Of a DNA stretch of 64,000 nucleotides, positions 21,163 through 30,370 are shown in pieces. The translations under genes were made by a program, and so were the position numbers. Source of the DNA: Thiobacillaceae bacterium (GTDB taxonomy: Bacteria; Pseudomonadota; Gammaproteobacteria; Burkholderiales; Thiobacillaceae); contig JBAUMF010000093.1 in NCBI GenBank assembly GCA_049578545.1, forward strand, positions 31,117-95,116, read 5' to 3'. Numbering within the stretch: the first letter of the stretch is position 1; the number at the start of each line of letters is the position of its first letter. The notes beneath the pieces are model-generated. The model made no database searches. It saw only the letters and a program-made list of their open reading frames with translations, and was not told the DNA's origin.

Positions 21163-21669
21163 TCAGGGAAACGCCGGAATGCTTGGTTCCGTGCCACCGC
21201 ATTCAGCATCAGGGTGGTGACTCTTGACCAGTGCCTCGATTTCCTCGACGCGATGCTTGGGAACATCGATCATGAACAGGAACTGACCTTTCTCCATGGC
21301 CTCCTCGAACTGCTTGAGCCGGCGGTTCCCAACGCTGCTTCCGAGCATACTCGATATCCATGCGCCGAAGCCGGCTCCCGCAAGGGATATCCCCAGAACT
21401 GCTCCACCGGCGAGCACCAGCCCCCCCGGCAATGCCACCGCGACAAGCCCGGCGAGGATTCCCATGAGACCGCCCACGGCCAGGCCTTGCTCTAGCGCAG
21501 GAATGAAATCAGTCTTTTGCAGATACGTTGCCTTGGGCAAATCTTCCAGCGCCGTGCCTCGCTTCGCCATAACATGGATGTGGCGTTCCTCGATTCTTGC
21601 CAGCAATAGCTCATCGACGATCTTCTTGGAGATCTCAATATTCGGTGCCAGGAAATAGATCCGTCTCAT
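21163..21669 (-). CDS. Hypothetical membrane protein with central glycine-zipper segment (DUF1269-like topology)
   Basis: 168 aa. Soluble N- and C-terminal halves flank GLAVGGLMGILAGLVAVALPGGLVLAGGAVLGISLAGAGFGAW. The family assignment is tentative. Confidence 0.55.
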   Translation of the reverse strand: MRRIYFLAPNIEISKKIVDELLLARIEERHIHVMAKRGTALEDLPKATYLQKTDFIPALEQGLAVGGLMGILAGLVAVALPGGLVLAGGAVLGISLAGAGFGAWISSMLGSSVGNRRLKQFEEAMEKGQFLFMIDVPKHRVEEIEALVKSHHPDAECGGTEPSIPAFP

Positions 21670-21957
21670 GGTTGTTCCTCCGTCGTTGATTTGAGTGATG
21701 CAATCGAATCAGGGGCCTTGTCGAACCCGATGGGGAATTAGGCTACATCTTCTCAGCCAATGCCGCTAGTGTCAGTTGAGGAACGTGAAGGGCACAGTCG
21801 GGCCACGGACCGAGCGCTGCCACCCCAACTGTTGTCAGATGCATTGGGGCTGCGCAGCCAGCAGCAGGTCATCCTTGCGCAAACTTGGGCTATCCAACAA
21901 GCGGTCATCCATGGCAAACAGCGGTTCCATGAGCCCTGGAAACTGGAACTTGCAGCC

Positions 21958-22185
21958 ATGATCACTGCGCAGAATGCCATCTACCCTCTATCCCTGATGC
22001 CGCAGTGGCTGAAGATCCTGGCCAGCGTAAACCCGCTGACCTATCTGGTCGATGCGTTGCGCATGCTGATGATTGAAGGCGGGCAGGGCGCACACAGTCT
22101 GGTCGTGAACTTCACGGTGCCGGGTGCGGTTTTCGTCGTCTTCGTCGCCATTGCGACGCGACTTTATCCGACATTAATCGAGTAG
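21958..22185 (+). pseudogene. C-terminal relic of an ABC-2 permease gene
   Basis: Only the last ~75 codons (AIYPLSLMPQWLKILASVNPLTYLVDALRMLMIEGG...) match the conserved ABC-2 permease C-terminus. No upstream permease body or ATPase gene is present. Confidence 0.5.
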
Positions 22186-22285
22186 GGGACGAGCCATGAG
22201 GCGAGCTATAGCCATCCGTCATCAAAGGGTTCGTCAAATGATCCAGCGCCAATCACCAATTCGCACGAGCGCGCTCTTCATGCGT

Positions 22286-22675
22286 TCAGTCATTCTGGTC
22301 ATCGGTTTGAACGGGTGATGATGGAGTGGACAGATGACCGGCTAAAAGAAAAAATGCCAGGGCCAACCCTATGGAAAGTATGGCGAGGGTGTATGCCAGC
22401 TGCCTTCCGTGCCATAGGCTGGCAAACCAGCGATCGAGGTCATCGGCAAGGACCGCTGCCTTCCCGCCATAGAGCTCCAGGTCGTGGATGTAGCGCTTGG
22501 AATCATCCGGCTGGGTTGGATAAACATTCCCGCCCACGAATTCATAGCCAAGGGCGTCGCTACTGTCATCCGTTGCTGTAAGGTAAATCAGGGTGGCCCC
22601 TCCCAAGCCAGCGAGCAGAATGAGAGTGCCTGCAAGGTAAAGGCGAATTCGGAGACTTGAGTGCTTCCAGCCCAT
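22286..22675 (-). CDS. Hypothetical two-TM membrane protein
   Basis: 129 aa. TM segments at both ends flank a ~70-aa loop. It starts 20 bp after the dienelactone hydrolase stop on the same strand. No family recognised. Confidence 0.5.
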   Translation of the reverse strand: MGWKHSSLRIRLYLAGTLILLAGLGGATLIYLTATDDSSDALGYEFVGGNVYPTQPDDSKRYIHDLELYGGKAAVLADDLDRWFASLWHGRQLAYTLAILSIGLALAFFLLAGHLSTPSSPVQTDDQND

Positions 22676-22694
22676 GGTTGTTCAATCGTGCCGA

Positions 22695-23522
22695 TTACAT
22701 CCCGTGGCTTGCGAGCCAGCCCTGCAGTCGTTTCCAGCCATCCTCTGCAGCTTCCTCGCGGTAACTTGGGCGGTAATCGGCGAAAAAAGCGTGAGGCGCA
22801 TCAGCATATACGCGAATATCCGATCCGCTGTCTCCTGTTGCCAGCAATTTCTTCATGTGCTCAATGCTGTCGAGGGAGATGCTGTTGTCCTTGCCACCAT
22901 AGAACCCGAGTACCGGCACCTTAAGCTGGGCCGCAATATCGATCGGATGTCTGTGCTGCAGTCCACTGGTTGGGCCGGTGAGCTTGCCATACCAGGCAAT
23001 TCCCGCCTTGACCTGAGGATTGTGTGCACAGTAAAGCCAGGTTATACGACCGCCCCAGCAGAATCCTGTGATGGCCAGACGGTCAACGTCCGCTTTGGGG
23101 TGTTTGCCGACGAAACCTACCGCGGAATCAATATCCGCAATGAGCTGCGGATCGGAAACCTTGCTCACCACATTGGCAACAATCTCATTGATGTCCGTCA
23201 TGGAGGAAACATTGCCAAAGCGGGCGAACAGGTCTGGAGCAACGGCCAGATAGCCAAGCTTGGCTAAACGGCGACAGACATCCTTGATGTGCTCATGCAC
23301 CCCGAAAATTTCCTGAATGACCAGCACAACCGGAAAGCGGCTGCCCTCCGCTGGATGGGCCAGGTAGGCGGGCATTTCGCCGTGCGTCAAGGGAACGTTG
23401 ACCTCCCGGGTCAGGAGCGAACTGCTGTCTGTGGTGATGGTTGCCGCCGCGACCGGATGCACTGCCAGCGCGAAACCGGTTGCCAACTGCGTCACGGCGA
23501 CGTCCTGACGGAACGGCACCAA
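22695..23522 (-). CDS. Dienelactone hydrolase family protein
   Basis: Motifs PVVLVIQEIFG and the nucleophile motif ITGFCWGGR, plus a C-terminal His region. N-terminal signal-like segment. Confidence 0.85.
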   Translation of the reverse strand: MVPFRQDVAVTQLATGFALAVHPVAAATITTDSSSLLTREVNVPLTHGEMPAYLAHPAEGSRFPVVLVIQEIFGVHEHIKDVCRRLAKLGYLAVAPDLFARFGNVSSMTDINEIVANVVSKVSDPQLIADIDSAVGFVGKHPKADVDRLAITGFCWGGRITWLYCAHNPQVKAGIAWYGKLTGPTSGLQHRHPIDIAAQLKVPVLGFYGGKDNSISLDSIEHMKKLLATGDSGSDIRVYADAPHAFFADYRPSYREEAAEDGWKRLQGWLASHGM

Positions 23523-23726
23523 GGATCGAAGTTATTCATCAGCAGATTTATAGAACTGTTCTGACCACTACACAAGTTCACCTTGCCCCATTAAACTTGA
23601 AAATTCCATCCAAGCCGATCACCTTGAATCTTAAGCCGGAGGGGTGCTCATAGGCCCGCGGATTCCGGGTCGTAGCCCGTCACGCTGCGGACACTGTATG
23701 GAACCCTGGCCAGAAAGGGGGGCTCA

Positions 23727-24548
23727 ATGAATACCGTGTGGGGATCACTCATGCTTGTGTTGTCGGCCGCAATGGTAACCCTGGACGTAGCGGCGGCAGA
23801 ACCAGCAGCGAATGCTGGACACAGCGGGACGTCCGCATTCCCTGCCAACTGTGGAACCTCGCCTGATTGTGTGAGCGCAAGCCCGAACCGTGGAGCGGAG
23901 ACGGCCATGGAAATGGCCAAGGCAGCCCTGGACAAGGTGGTCGCCACCTACCAGGTCGATCGCGGCAAGATCAGGGATCTGGTAAAAGACAGTGCAGGTT
24001 TCGCGGTGTTGCAGGATTTGGTCAAGGAGGGCTTTATCTTCGCCGGGATACATGGCCATGGGTTTCTGGTTTATCACCAGGCCGATGGCCGCTGGGGACC
24101 ACCGCTGATGCTGGAGGTATCCGGGACGAGTCTTGGCCCGCAGATCGGCGCGCGGGTCAGCGATGTACTGGTGGTATTCAAGACCGCCGAAAGTATCCAG
24201 AAGCTGATGACAGGACAAATGCCACAGGGTCTGATGACCCCTAGCGGATCAGTTCTCTACGGAGGCTCCGATACCGCCAGCCTGCCTTTTGGCATTGTCA
24301 CATACAGCCTGCACCGGGGATTGATGCTGGGCCAGTCGGTGGATGAGTACCACTTCCGTCTGCAGGACCAGGCCAACCTGACCCTGTACGGCGAGCCATT
24401 GAAAAGCGGCGAAATCGTCAACATCAAGCAGTTCGGGCCGCGCCTGCCAGCGCCGGTGGAGATGTTTGTCGATCATGTCAATACACAGCTGGGCGAGCCA
24501 CCCCATGAAGTGGAGTGGAAGGTGGGTGGTCCGAGCGCCAAACCTTGA
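23727..24548 (+). CDS. Secreted SYLF (Ysc84/DUF500) lipid-binding-domain protein
   Basis: Signal peptide, then GFAVLQDLVKEGFIFAGIHGHGFLVY...WGPPLMLEVSGTSLGPQIGA, typical of the SYLF domain. Confidence 0.7.
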   Translation: MNTVWGSLMLVLSAAMVTLDVAAAEPAANAGHSGTSAFPANCGTSPDCVSASPNRGAETAMEMAKAALDKVVATYQVDRGKIRDLVKDSAGFAVLQDLVKEGFIFAGIHGHGFLVYHQADGRWGPPLMLEVSGTSLGPQIGARVSDVLVVFKTAESIQKLMTGQMPQGLMTPSGSVLYGGSDTASLPFGIVTYSLHRGLMLGQSVDEYHFRLQDQANLTLYGEPLKSGEIVNIKQFGPRLPAPVEMFVDHVNTQLGEPPHEVEWKVGGPSAKP

Positions 24549-24816
24549 TCGATCATATACACGCAGGAATCCGAGCGGTATCTTGCGCGACAATGCAGGG
24601 GACGCAAATATCAAGCCGGCCGTTGAATCTGAGCCTGCCGGGGCGACCTCGTCGGATCTGGGTGGGACAGACTTTGGAATCAGTGATGCAGACAGCGGGA
24701 ATGAGGATTCCCCAGATCGGGGTTCAATGTGGACCCCGGTACGTCAAAATGGCGGCAAGGGATCATAATCGCGGCTGAAACACTCTGAGCAACCAAACAC
24801 GAGGCTGGCATACCCC

Positions 24817-25677
24817 ATGACATTTCTGCAAATACTTGTCCTCGCGGTTGTACAAGGCGCCTGCGAGCTGCTGCCTGTTTCCAGTTCAGCGCATGTCATC
24901 CTGGCAGAAAAGCTGATGGGGCTCGATCCCACGGCACCCGAAATGACGCTGCTGCTGGTCATGCTGCACACCGGAACGATGTTTGCCGTCATCGTCTATT
25001 TCTGGAAGCCATGGCGGGACCGATATTTCGTCTCCAGTGCGGCGTTCTGGTCCTTTGCCAGGCTGCTCGTCGTGGCAACCGTGCTGACCGGGATAATAGG
25101 ACTCGCCCTAATGCTGTTTATTGAGCATGTCATCCTCCGTGGTTCGGCACATGCCGAAATCGAGCAGCTATTCGGCAATGCCTATGTGATCGCGGCAGGT
25201 CTCGCCACCGTGGGCGTTATGATTGTTGTTTCCGGAACGCGAATGCGACCTGGGAATGGACAAACTCCTCTCGGCTTGGGCCAGTCCATCTGGATTGGCG
25301 CCATCCAGGGCCTGTGCCTTCCGTTCCGTGGCTTCTCCCGTTCCGGTTCCACCATTTCGACCGGTCTGCTTCTGGGCGTGAACAAGGAACGGCTGGAGGA
25401 ATTCAGCTTTGCCCTTGCCGTCATCCTGACCCCGGCGGTCATCGTGAAAGAAGGCTACAGGCTGCTGAAGGCTCAGGGCGGTACACTCGCCCACGCCGCT
25501 GGCTTCTTCCATCTTGCCTGGCCCAGCCTGGTGGGCATGGGATGCAGTTTCGTCGCCGGTCTGGTGGCGTTGAAATGGCTCTCGCGCTGGCTTGAGAATG
25601 GCCGCTGGCATCTGTTCGGTTATTACTGTCTGTTCGCAGCGGTCATGATGCTGGCAATCGATAGGCTGATGCGCTAG
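24817..25677 (+). CDS. uppP: Undecaprenyl-diphosphate phosphatase
   Basis: BacA/UppP motifs QGACELLPVSSSAHV and PFRGFSRSGSTI; 8 TM. Confidence 0.9.
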   Translation: MTFLQILVLAVVQGACELLPVSSSAHVILAEKLMGLDPTAPEMTLLLVMLHTGTMFAVIVYFWKPWRDRYFVSSAAFWSFARLLVVATVLTGIIGLALMLFIEHVILRGSAHAEIEQLFGNAYVIAAGLATVGVMIVVSGTRMRPGNGQTPLGLGQSIWIGAIQGLCLPFRGFSRSGSTISTGLLLGVNKERLEEFSFALAVILTPAVIVKEGYRLLKAQGGTLAHAAGFFHLAWPSLVGMGCSFVAGLVALKWLSRWLENGRWHLFGYYCLFAAVMMLAIDRLMR

Positions 25678-25744
25678 ACGCAAGAATAGCCTCGCCATGT
25701 ATGGCTGAAGAAATGGCCCAACACTGCAAATGCAGGAGATCACC

Positions 25745-26341
25745 ATGCCCAAAATCCAGGAGTCAGCGATCAGCAGTCTCCATCCCACCCAGCTCACAGT
25801 CGGCATGATTGAGGTTCAGGACAAGAAAACGCACCTGGCCTCACTCAAGCCCCAGGGCCAGCAGGATTTCATGCAGGCCCACCCCATGCCTGCGGTAATC
25901 GGCCCGGGCGGCAAGCTGTACATCACCGACCACCATCACCTGGGACGGGCCGCATTCGAGGCAGGGGTAACTACTGGCTTCTTCCTGGTCGAGGCCGATC
26001 TATCCTCCCGCGGTCCGGACGATTTCTGGCAAGAGATGGACAGGAACCTTTGGGTCCACCCGCTGGATCAAAACGGGGTACGTCACTATTACGCTGCCAT
26101 TCCCCAGCACCTGGAAAAACTGGTCGACGACGTTTACCGCTCCCTGGCCGGATACGTGCGTAACGCCGGCGGTTTTGACAAGACGCCCACTGCCTTCGCC
26201 GAATTTGTCTGGGCCGATTTCTTCCGCCGTTCCATTCCCATTGAGGACGTCACAGCCGACTTTCATGCGGCAGTTCGGGTGGCCCTGTCGCTTGCACAGG
26301 GTAAGCTGGCCAGGGGATTGCCGGGATACACAGGAAAGTAG
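25745..26341 (+). CDS. ParB-like nuclease-domain protein (stand-alone, ParBc_2-like)
   Basis: ISSLHPTQLTVG and YITDHHHLGRA. AGGAG lies 6 nt before the ATG at 25745. No parA or parS nearby. Confidence 0.65.
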   Translation: MPKIQESAISSLHPTQLTVGMIEVQDKKTHLASLKPQGQQDFMQAHPMPAVIGPGGKLYITDHHHLGRAAFEAGVTTGFFLVEADLSSRGPDDFWQEMDRNLWVHPLDQNGVRHYYAAIPQHLEKLVDDVYRSLAGYVRNAGGFDKTPTAFAEFVWADFFRRSIPIEDVTADFHAAVRVALSLAQGKLARGLPGYTGK

Positions 26342-26612
26342 GGCTGGTGCGAATTGAGCCTTCGCCCACGTTTGCTGGGGGTTAGTAACCACGGCACATT
26401 CAATTCCCATTCTTTAGCCATCGCCTTGTTCCTGCAAGGTGGTCTTCTTGCAATCACCACTGACGGCTGCACGGAACGAGTCCGCGCACATCAGCACAAA
26501 TTATCTCGGCCGGCTGGGCTGTTGCGTAAAGGCGTGTAAATTTCATCAAAAAGGATCGCTCATGTGGGAATAACACCTACCCCATTATTCAACACTCAAA
26601 GGAGATCAGGTC

Positions 26613-27242
26613 ATGACTATCGATTCAATTGGAACCAGCAGCGTGTCCGCCACAGCCCCAATCCCCCCCAATCCTGCCGTTCAGAATCCGGGCGGGGACA
26701 GCGACGGCGATAATGATGGCAGTAGCGGCCGTGTCTCGGGTGGTCACCACCGGCACGGCGGCGGCGGGGCATTCATGAAAAGCGTCATGCAGGCTCTGGG
26801 CCAGTCCGGAGTTGCCTCAACTGATCAGTCTTCATCCAGTTCCAGCGTCAGCCAGGCCATGCATGCCTTCATGCATTCATTGTTTTCTGCCATGCAATCC
26901 ATGAATGGCAGCCAGACCGGGGGTGGCACGGATAGCGACGGGGATAATGACGGAAGCAGCACTGCCAGCAGCGTACCGTCAGGTTACAGTTCCCTCTCCA
27001 CCAACCTGCAGAACCTGATGCAGGCGGTCGGAAGCAGCCAGGGCGGTACCCAGAACAGTGCGGTTTCAAATCTGCAGAGTGCCTTCCAGAATCTGGTAAC
27101 GGCAATGGATGGAAGTTCAGCAACTACCAGCGGGACGCCGCCCACCCTGCAGTCATTCCTGCAGAACCTGCTGCCCGACCTCGCTTCACAACAAAGTATT
27201 TCCTCTGCCGCAGTGGGCGCCCTGGCAAATACTTCTGCCTGA
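26613..27242 (+). CDS. Low-complexity Ser/Gly/Gln-rich protein with duplicated DSDGDNDGSS motif
   Basis: Good RBS (AAAGGAG, 8 nt spacing). 209 aa with no signal peptide or TM. GGDSDGDNDGSSG and GGTDSDGDNDGSST are about 90 aa apart. Repeated SxLQxxxQNL segments near the C-terminus. Confidence 0.6.
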   Translation: MTIDSIGTSSVSATAPIPPNPAVQNPGGDSDGDNDGSSGRVSGGHHRHGGGGAFMKSVMQALGQSGVASTDQSSSSSSVSQAMHAFMHSLFSAMQSMNGSQTGGGTDSDGDNDGSSTASSVPSGYSSLSTNLQNLMQAVGSSQGGTQNSAVSNLQSAFQNLVTAMDGSSATTSGTPPTLQSFLQNLLPDLASQQSISSAAVGALANTSA

Positions 27243-27385
27243 CGGGTTGAGTCTGCTGACGAATCGGCCCGCCGGAATATCCGTCGGCGGCGGCTGGCTT
27301 TGATGTTTGATACTGCTGCTGGCCTACTTGCATCCTTGCATGCCCGGTTGATGAGGTGAAGAGACGGCGCCCGCAGGCGCTACGC

Positions 27386-27402
27386 GTTAAGTTATCGTGT
27401 TG
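27386..27402. repeat. Left copy of a 17-bp perfect inverted repeat (GTTAAGTTATCGTGTTG)
   Basis: Exact reverse complement of 33344-33360. Weaker similarity continues a few bases inward. Confidence 0.6.
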
Positions 27403-27410
27403 TCAATTTA

Positions 27411-27440
27411 CGCCTCCGGAGAAATCCGGGGGCGTTTATA
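27411..27440 (+). terminator. Hairpin terminator (possibly bidirectional)
   Basis: CGCCTCCGGA-gaaa-TCCGGGGGCG (10-bp stem with one G-U pair), followed by TTTAT. It lies between the converging 26613 gene and the MFS gene. Confidence 0.5.
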
Positions 27441-27618
27441 CGTGACCGGTAGGCGTTTCAGAATAAGTCACGGCCAGCAGCCCGAAATCGACCCAAGTCG
27501 TCTGACGACCTCTGAATCATCAATGGCTGGTTACCGCCATCAAGCTGCCAATCGCTTTTATCTCCAGACGGTCGGGAGTTCGCCTCAATGGCCGTTCGCG
27601 CTAAGGTGTCCAAGGTAA

Positions 27619-28842
27619 TCAGGACTGGCGGGGCGACTGTCTTCCTTCACCTCGGTAGCACCGGAACGCGACAAACAGCGCCAAGTCGTAGGCAATCTTT
27701 AATACTCCGCAAGCTACCAGAGGCACAGCCAGCCAGCCGGCAGCAAACAGGGCTCCACCCAGCGACGGGCTCAAGGCTGAAGCGAGACTGCGCGGCACGG
27801 CGGTGAAGCTCGCCGCCGCCGCTCGCTCCGGTGGTGTAACCACGGCCATGACGAAAGCCGAACGAGTTGGCACATCCATCTGTGAGAGGGAGCTACGGGT
27901 CAACAGCAAGCCTAGCGCGACAGGCAGGCTGGATGCGAACGCAGCCAGGATCAGGCAGACGTTGGCCAGCATGTGGGTGAAAACCATGGTGCTGAGCAGA
28001 CCGATGCGTCTAGCCACCCAGGGCGCAGCGAGTTGCGACAGAGCGGTGAGCAGCCCAGCCCAGAAGAAGAACGAGCCCGCCGCGGCCAGCGACAGGTCGA
28101 AGCGCTGGAACAGCCATAGCGCGAGCAGCGAGTTGACCACCAGGCCGCCAGCGAACGCGTCTACCGAAAACAAGCCGGCCAGTCGGACCACAATGCCGCG
28201 CGAGGCGCTCAGTGGCAAAGGCGGTGCGGGCCGTTCGTGGGGCGGCGGTTCGGACAGCTTCCGGTACATCAGCCAGACTGCCAGGCCGACTCCACCATAG
28301 GCCACAAACATACCGCGTAAGGCAGCGAGCCGGTCGATGCCTTGCCCCATCAACACGTCCGGGACGGCGGCGGCCAGCGAGCCTACCGCTGCGCACAGCG
28401 CCCCGGTCAGGCTATAGCGCGCGAACAGCTCGGTGCGGGCATCACCCTGCGCCGCCTCCGCCAGACGCGCATGTTCCAGGGGCAGGAACACGCTCACATC
28501 GCCCGAACTGGGATTCAGGGTGCCTACAAAGGCCACCAGTAGCAGCGGCCAATAGGTGGAAACGCTGGCAAAGGCAAAACCGGTGGCCGCCATCAGCAAC
28601 GCTGCCGCCAGCAACAAACGGCGATGATGGAAACGATGGCCCCAGGCGCCCACTGCCAGTGTGGCGAGCGCCGAACCCAGTAGAGTGGCGGTGCTAAGCA
28701 GCCCTACCTCCCAAGTGCCGAACCCCAATGCCAGCAGATAGGCAGGAAGCAACACGGCGACGTAGCCATCGACGCCAGCGCGCAGCGCTCGCCCGATTAG
28801 GAGCAGGCGCGCTTCGGGCGCCACGCCAGCGGGCAGAATCAT
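27619..28842 (-). CDS. MFS transporter
   Basis: 407 aa, about 12 TM, very GC-rich. Its start overlaps the upstream stop (ATGA). Confidence 0.85.
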   Translation of the reverse strand: MILPAGVAPEARLLLIGRALRAGVDGYVAVLLPAYLLALGFGTWEVGLLSTATLLGSALATLAVGAWGHRFHHRRLLLAAALLMAATGFAFASVSTYWPLLLVAFVGTLNPSSGDVSVFLPLEHARLAEAAQGDARTELFARYSLTGALCAAVGSLAAAVPDVLMGQGIDRLAALRGMFVAYGGVGLAVWLMYRKLSEPPPHERPAPPLPLSASRGIVVRLAGLFSVDAFAGGLVVNSLLALWLFQRFDLSLAAAGSFFFWAGLLTALSQLAAPWVARRIGLLSTMVFTHMLANVCLILAAFASSLPVALGLLLTRSSLSQMDVPTRSAFVMAVVTPPERAAAASFTAVPRSLASALSPSLGGALFAAGWLAVPLVACGVLKIAYDLALFVAFRCYRGEGRQSPRQS

Positions 28843-29294
28843 TTGATGCCTACAAGCCGCGGGATCTTATTCAGCGGCGCCTCGGCACACCAGGCGTAAA
28901 ACGCATCGTAGATGACCATGCCATGCTTGAGCATCTCTTGGTCGTCAGCAAAGTTCAACGACAGGCCCTTGGAGATTGCCAACAGACCGGCGGCTTCCTT
29001 CGCCAGTTGCGGTGCGCCAAAGTCTACGGCACGAACGATCAGGGCAAGCTTGTCGAGCGGAGCGTCCCGCAGTTCATACTTTGCGATGAAGGCGTCGAAG
29101 CTGCACATGGCACCGTCGTGACCAAGTTCGGCCCCCGGCACATCATAAGGAATGGCGCTGGTTTGGGCGGCGACCTTCGTGACATCGCTACTTGGCACAT
29201 AGAGAAATTCCGGCGTTGGGTCGATGAACCTCGCCACCAACCACGGGCAGGCGATGCGGTCGATCTTGGGACGTTCGCGGGGAATCCATTTCAT
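28839..29294 (-). CDS. ChrB C-terminal-domain (chromate-resistance-associated) protein
   Basis: MKWIPRERPKIDRIACPWLVARFID...EFLYVP matches the conserved start of the Chrom_res/ChrB_C domain. 151 aa, stand-alone. Confidence 0.7.
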   Translation of the reverse strand: MKWIPRERPKIDRIACPWLVARFIDPTPEFLYVPSSDVTKVAAQTSAIPYDVPGAELGHDGAMCSFDAFIAKYELRDAPLDKLALIVRAVDFGAPQLAKEAAGLLAISKGLSLNFADDQEMLKHGMVIYDAFYAWCAEAPLNKIPRLVGIK

Positions 29295-29367
29295 GTTGGC
29301 CCCTTAGCTCACAAATGAAAGAACCGGCCGCAGCACGGCACAGATGCAGGATACTTGAAATCTCCAA

Positions 29368-29613
29368 TCAGTGGCCGTGCCGATGATGAGCGTCGGGAAA
29401 ATGCGAGTGAAGGGCGCGTAATGGAGCATGTACGTGCGGATGGTCGTGGGGTTCGGTCCCATCCCAAGAGAAGGCATGGGCATGCTGATGGTGTTTGTCA
29501 TGGATGTTCGCATGGGCATGGCTTATCGGCAAATGCTCGTGCTCATGTGCGTGACGTTCCATCAGGTGCAGCCAGGTGCCAAGCGCCATTATGGATGGGG
29601 CCCTCAAATAGAT
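29368..29613 (-). pseudogene. 3' remnant of a DMT/EamA-type transporter gene with His-rich tail
   Basis: ALGTWLHLMERHAHEHEHLPISHAHANIHDKHHQHAHAFSWDGTEPHDHPHVHAPLRALHSHFPDAHHRH. This is a last-TM fragment plus a histidine-rich tail of a kind I recall at the C-terminus of some EamA transporters. The reading frame begins directly at the IS630 fragment. Confidence 0.4.
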
Positions 29614-30171
29614 TCAAGCGGCATAGCGCACGCAAGGGCATCGAAAGTAGGCTTTGACGCGCTCCGGCTGGCGAGCGATCACGGCCATGTGCTCTTCAAT
29701 GGCCGCCAGCAGCTTGGCCTGGGTGCGCGCCGGGACTTTCTTGCGGATGATCTGTGTCAAGTCGGCGTTCAGGCGTTCCTCTGGGTTGAGCTGCGGGCTG
29801 TAGCTGGGCAGGTAGAACACCTCCATGGCCTCCTTGTGCTTGGCTAGCCACTGCTTGACCGGTTTGCCATGATGCACGCCAAGGTTATCCAGAATGAGAA
29901 ACACCTTGCATCCAGCGTCCTCGATGAGGGCCTCGAAGAACTCGATGAGCCGTTCATGATTGAATGCCCCGTCAATGATCATCCAGCGAGCCTTGCCTTG
30001 GTTGGTTACGCTGGCGATCATCGACAGCTTGTATGGTTGAGGGGGGCTCTTGGCGACCCACAATGGACTGTCTCCCCCACTTACTGAGCGCCTCCTTTCA
30101 CCCCAAACTGAGTCATCTGTAGCTGATTGACCCTGGTAGATCTGGTTTACTCCGTCTCCAGGAAATATCAT
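29614..30171 (-). mobile_element. IS630-family transposase, C-terminal fragment only (inactive)
   Basis: KLSMIASVTNQGKARWMI, FLILDNLGVHH and YLPSYSPQLNPEERLNADL (DDE region), ending ...YFRCPCVRYAA. Recognisable similarity starts about residue 40 of the ORF (~30060). The N-terminal HTH half is missing. Confidence 0.8.
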
Positions 30172-30317
30172 TTCCCACTACGAAGTTTTTCTTCTTTTCA
30201 ATATTTTTAATATTGTTCAATTGGTTATGCGCATTTGACTTGCTCCCAGCAGGAAATTTAAACCGTTGGAGAGCGCACGGCAGTACCTAACCAATTGTTT
30301 TACCAGTATTTATTGTT

Positions 30318-30333
30318 TGGCATGAGGATTGCT
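30318..30333 (+). promoter_or_regulatory. Sigma-54 (-24/-12) promoter
   Basis: TGGCATgaggaTTGCT fits TGGCAC-N5-TTGCW with exact GG/GC spacing. It sits 117 bp upstream of the ATG at 30450, in an AT-rich spacer, with a sigma-54 activator gene in the same cluster. Confidence 0.6.
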
Positions 30334-30370
30334 TGAGACGTGTGCGGGGTAGAAACCCGTGATTAATCCT

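Noticed and set aside
26690-26960. Repeated DNA segments (the GACAGCGACGGCGATAATGATGGCAGTAGC-like duplication in the 26613 gene, and the GGGGYH units at 48259-48384), considered as possible CRISPR or non-coding repeat arrays.
   Set aside because: Both repeats are in frame inside ORFs with good ribosome-binding sites. They lack the regular repeat-spacer periodicity of CRISPR arrays, and no cas genes are present.
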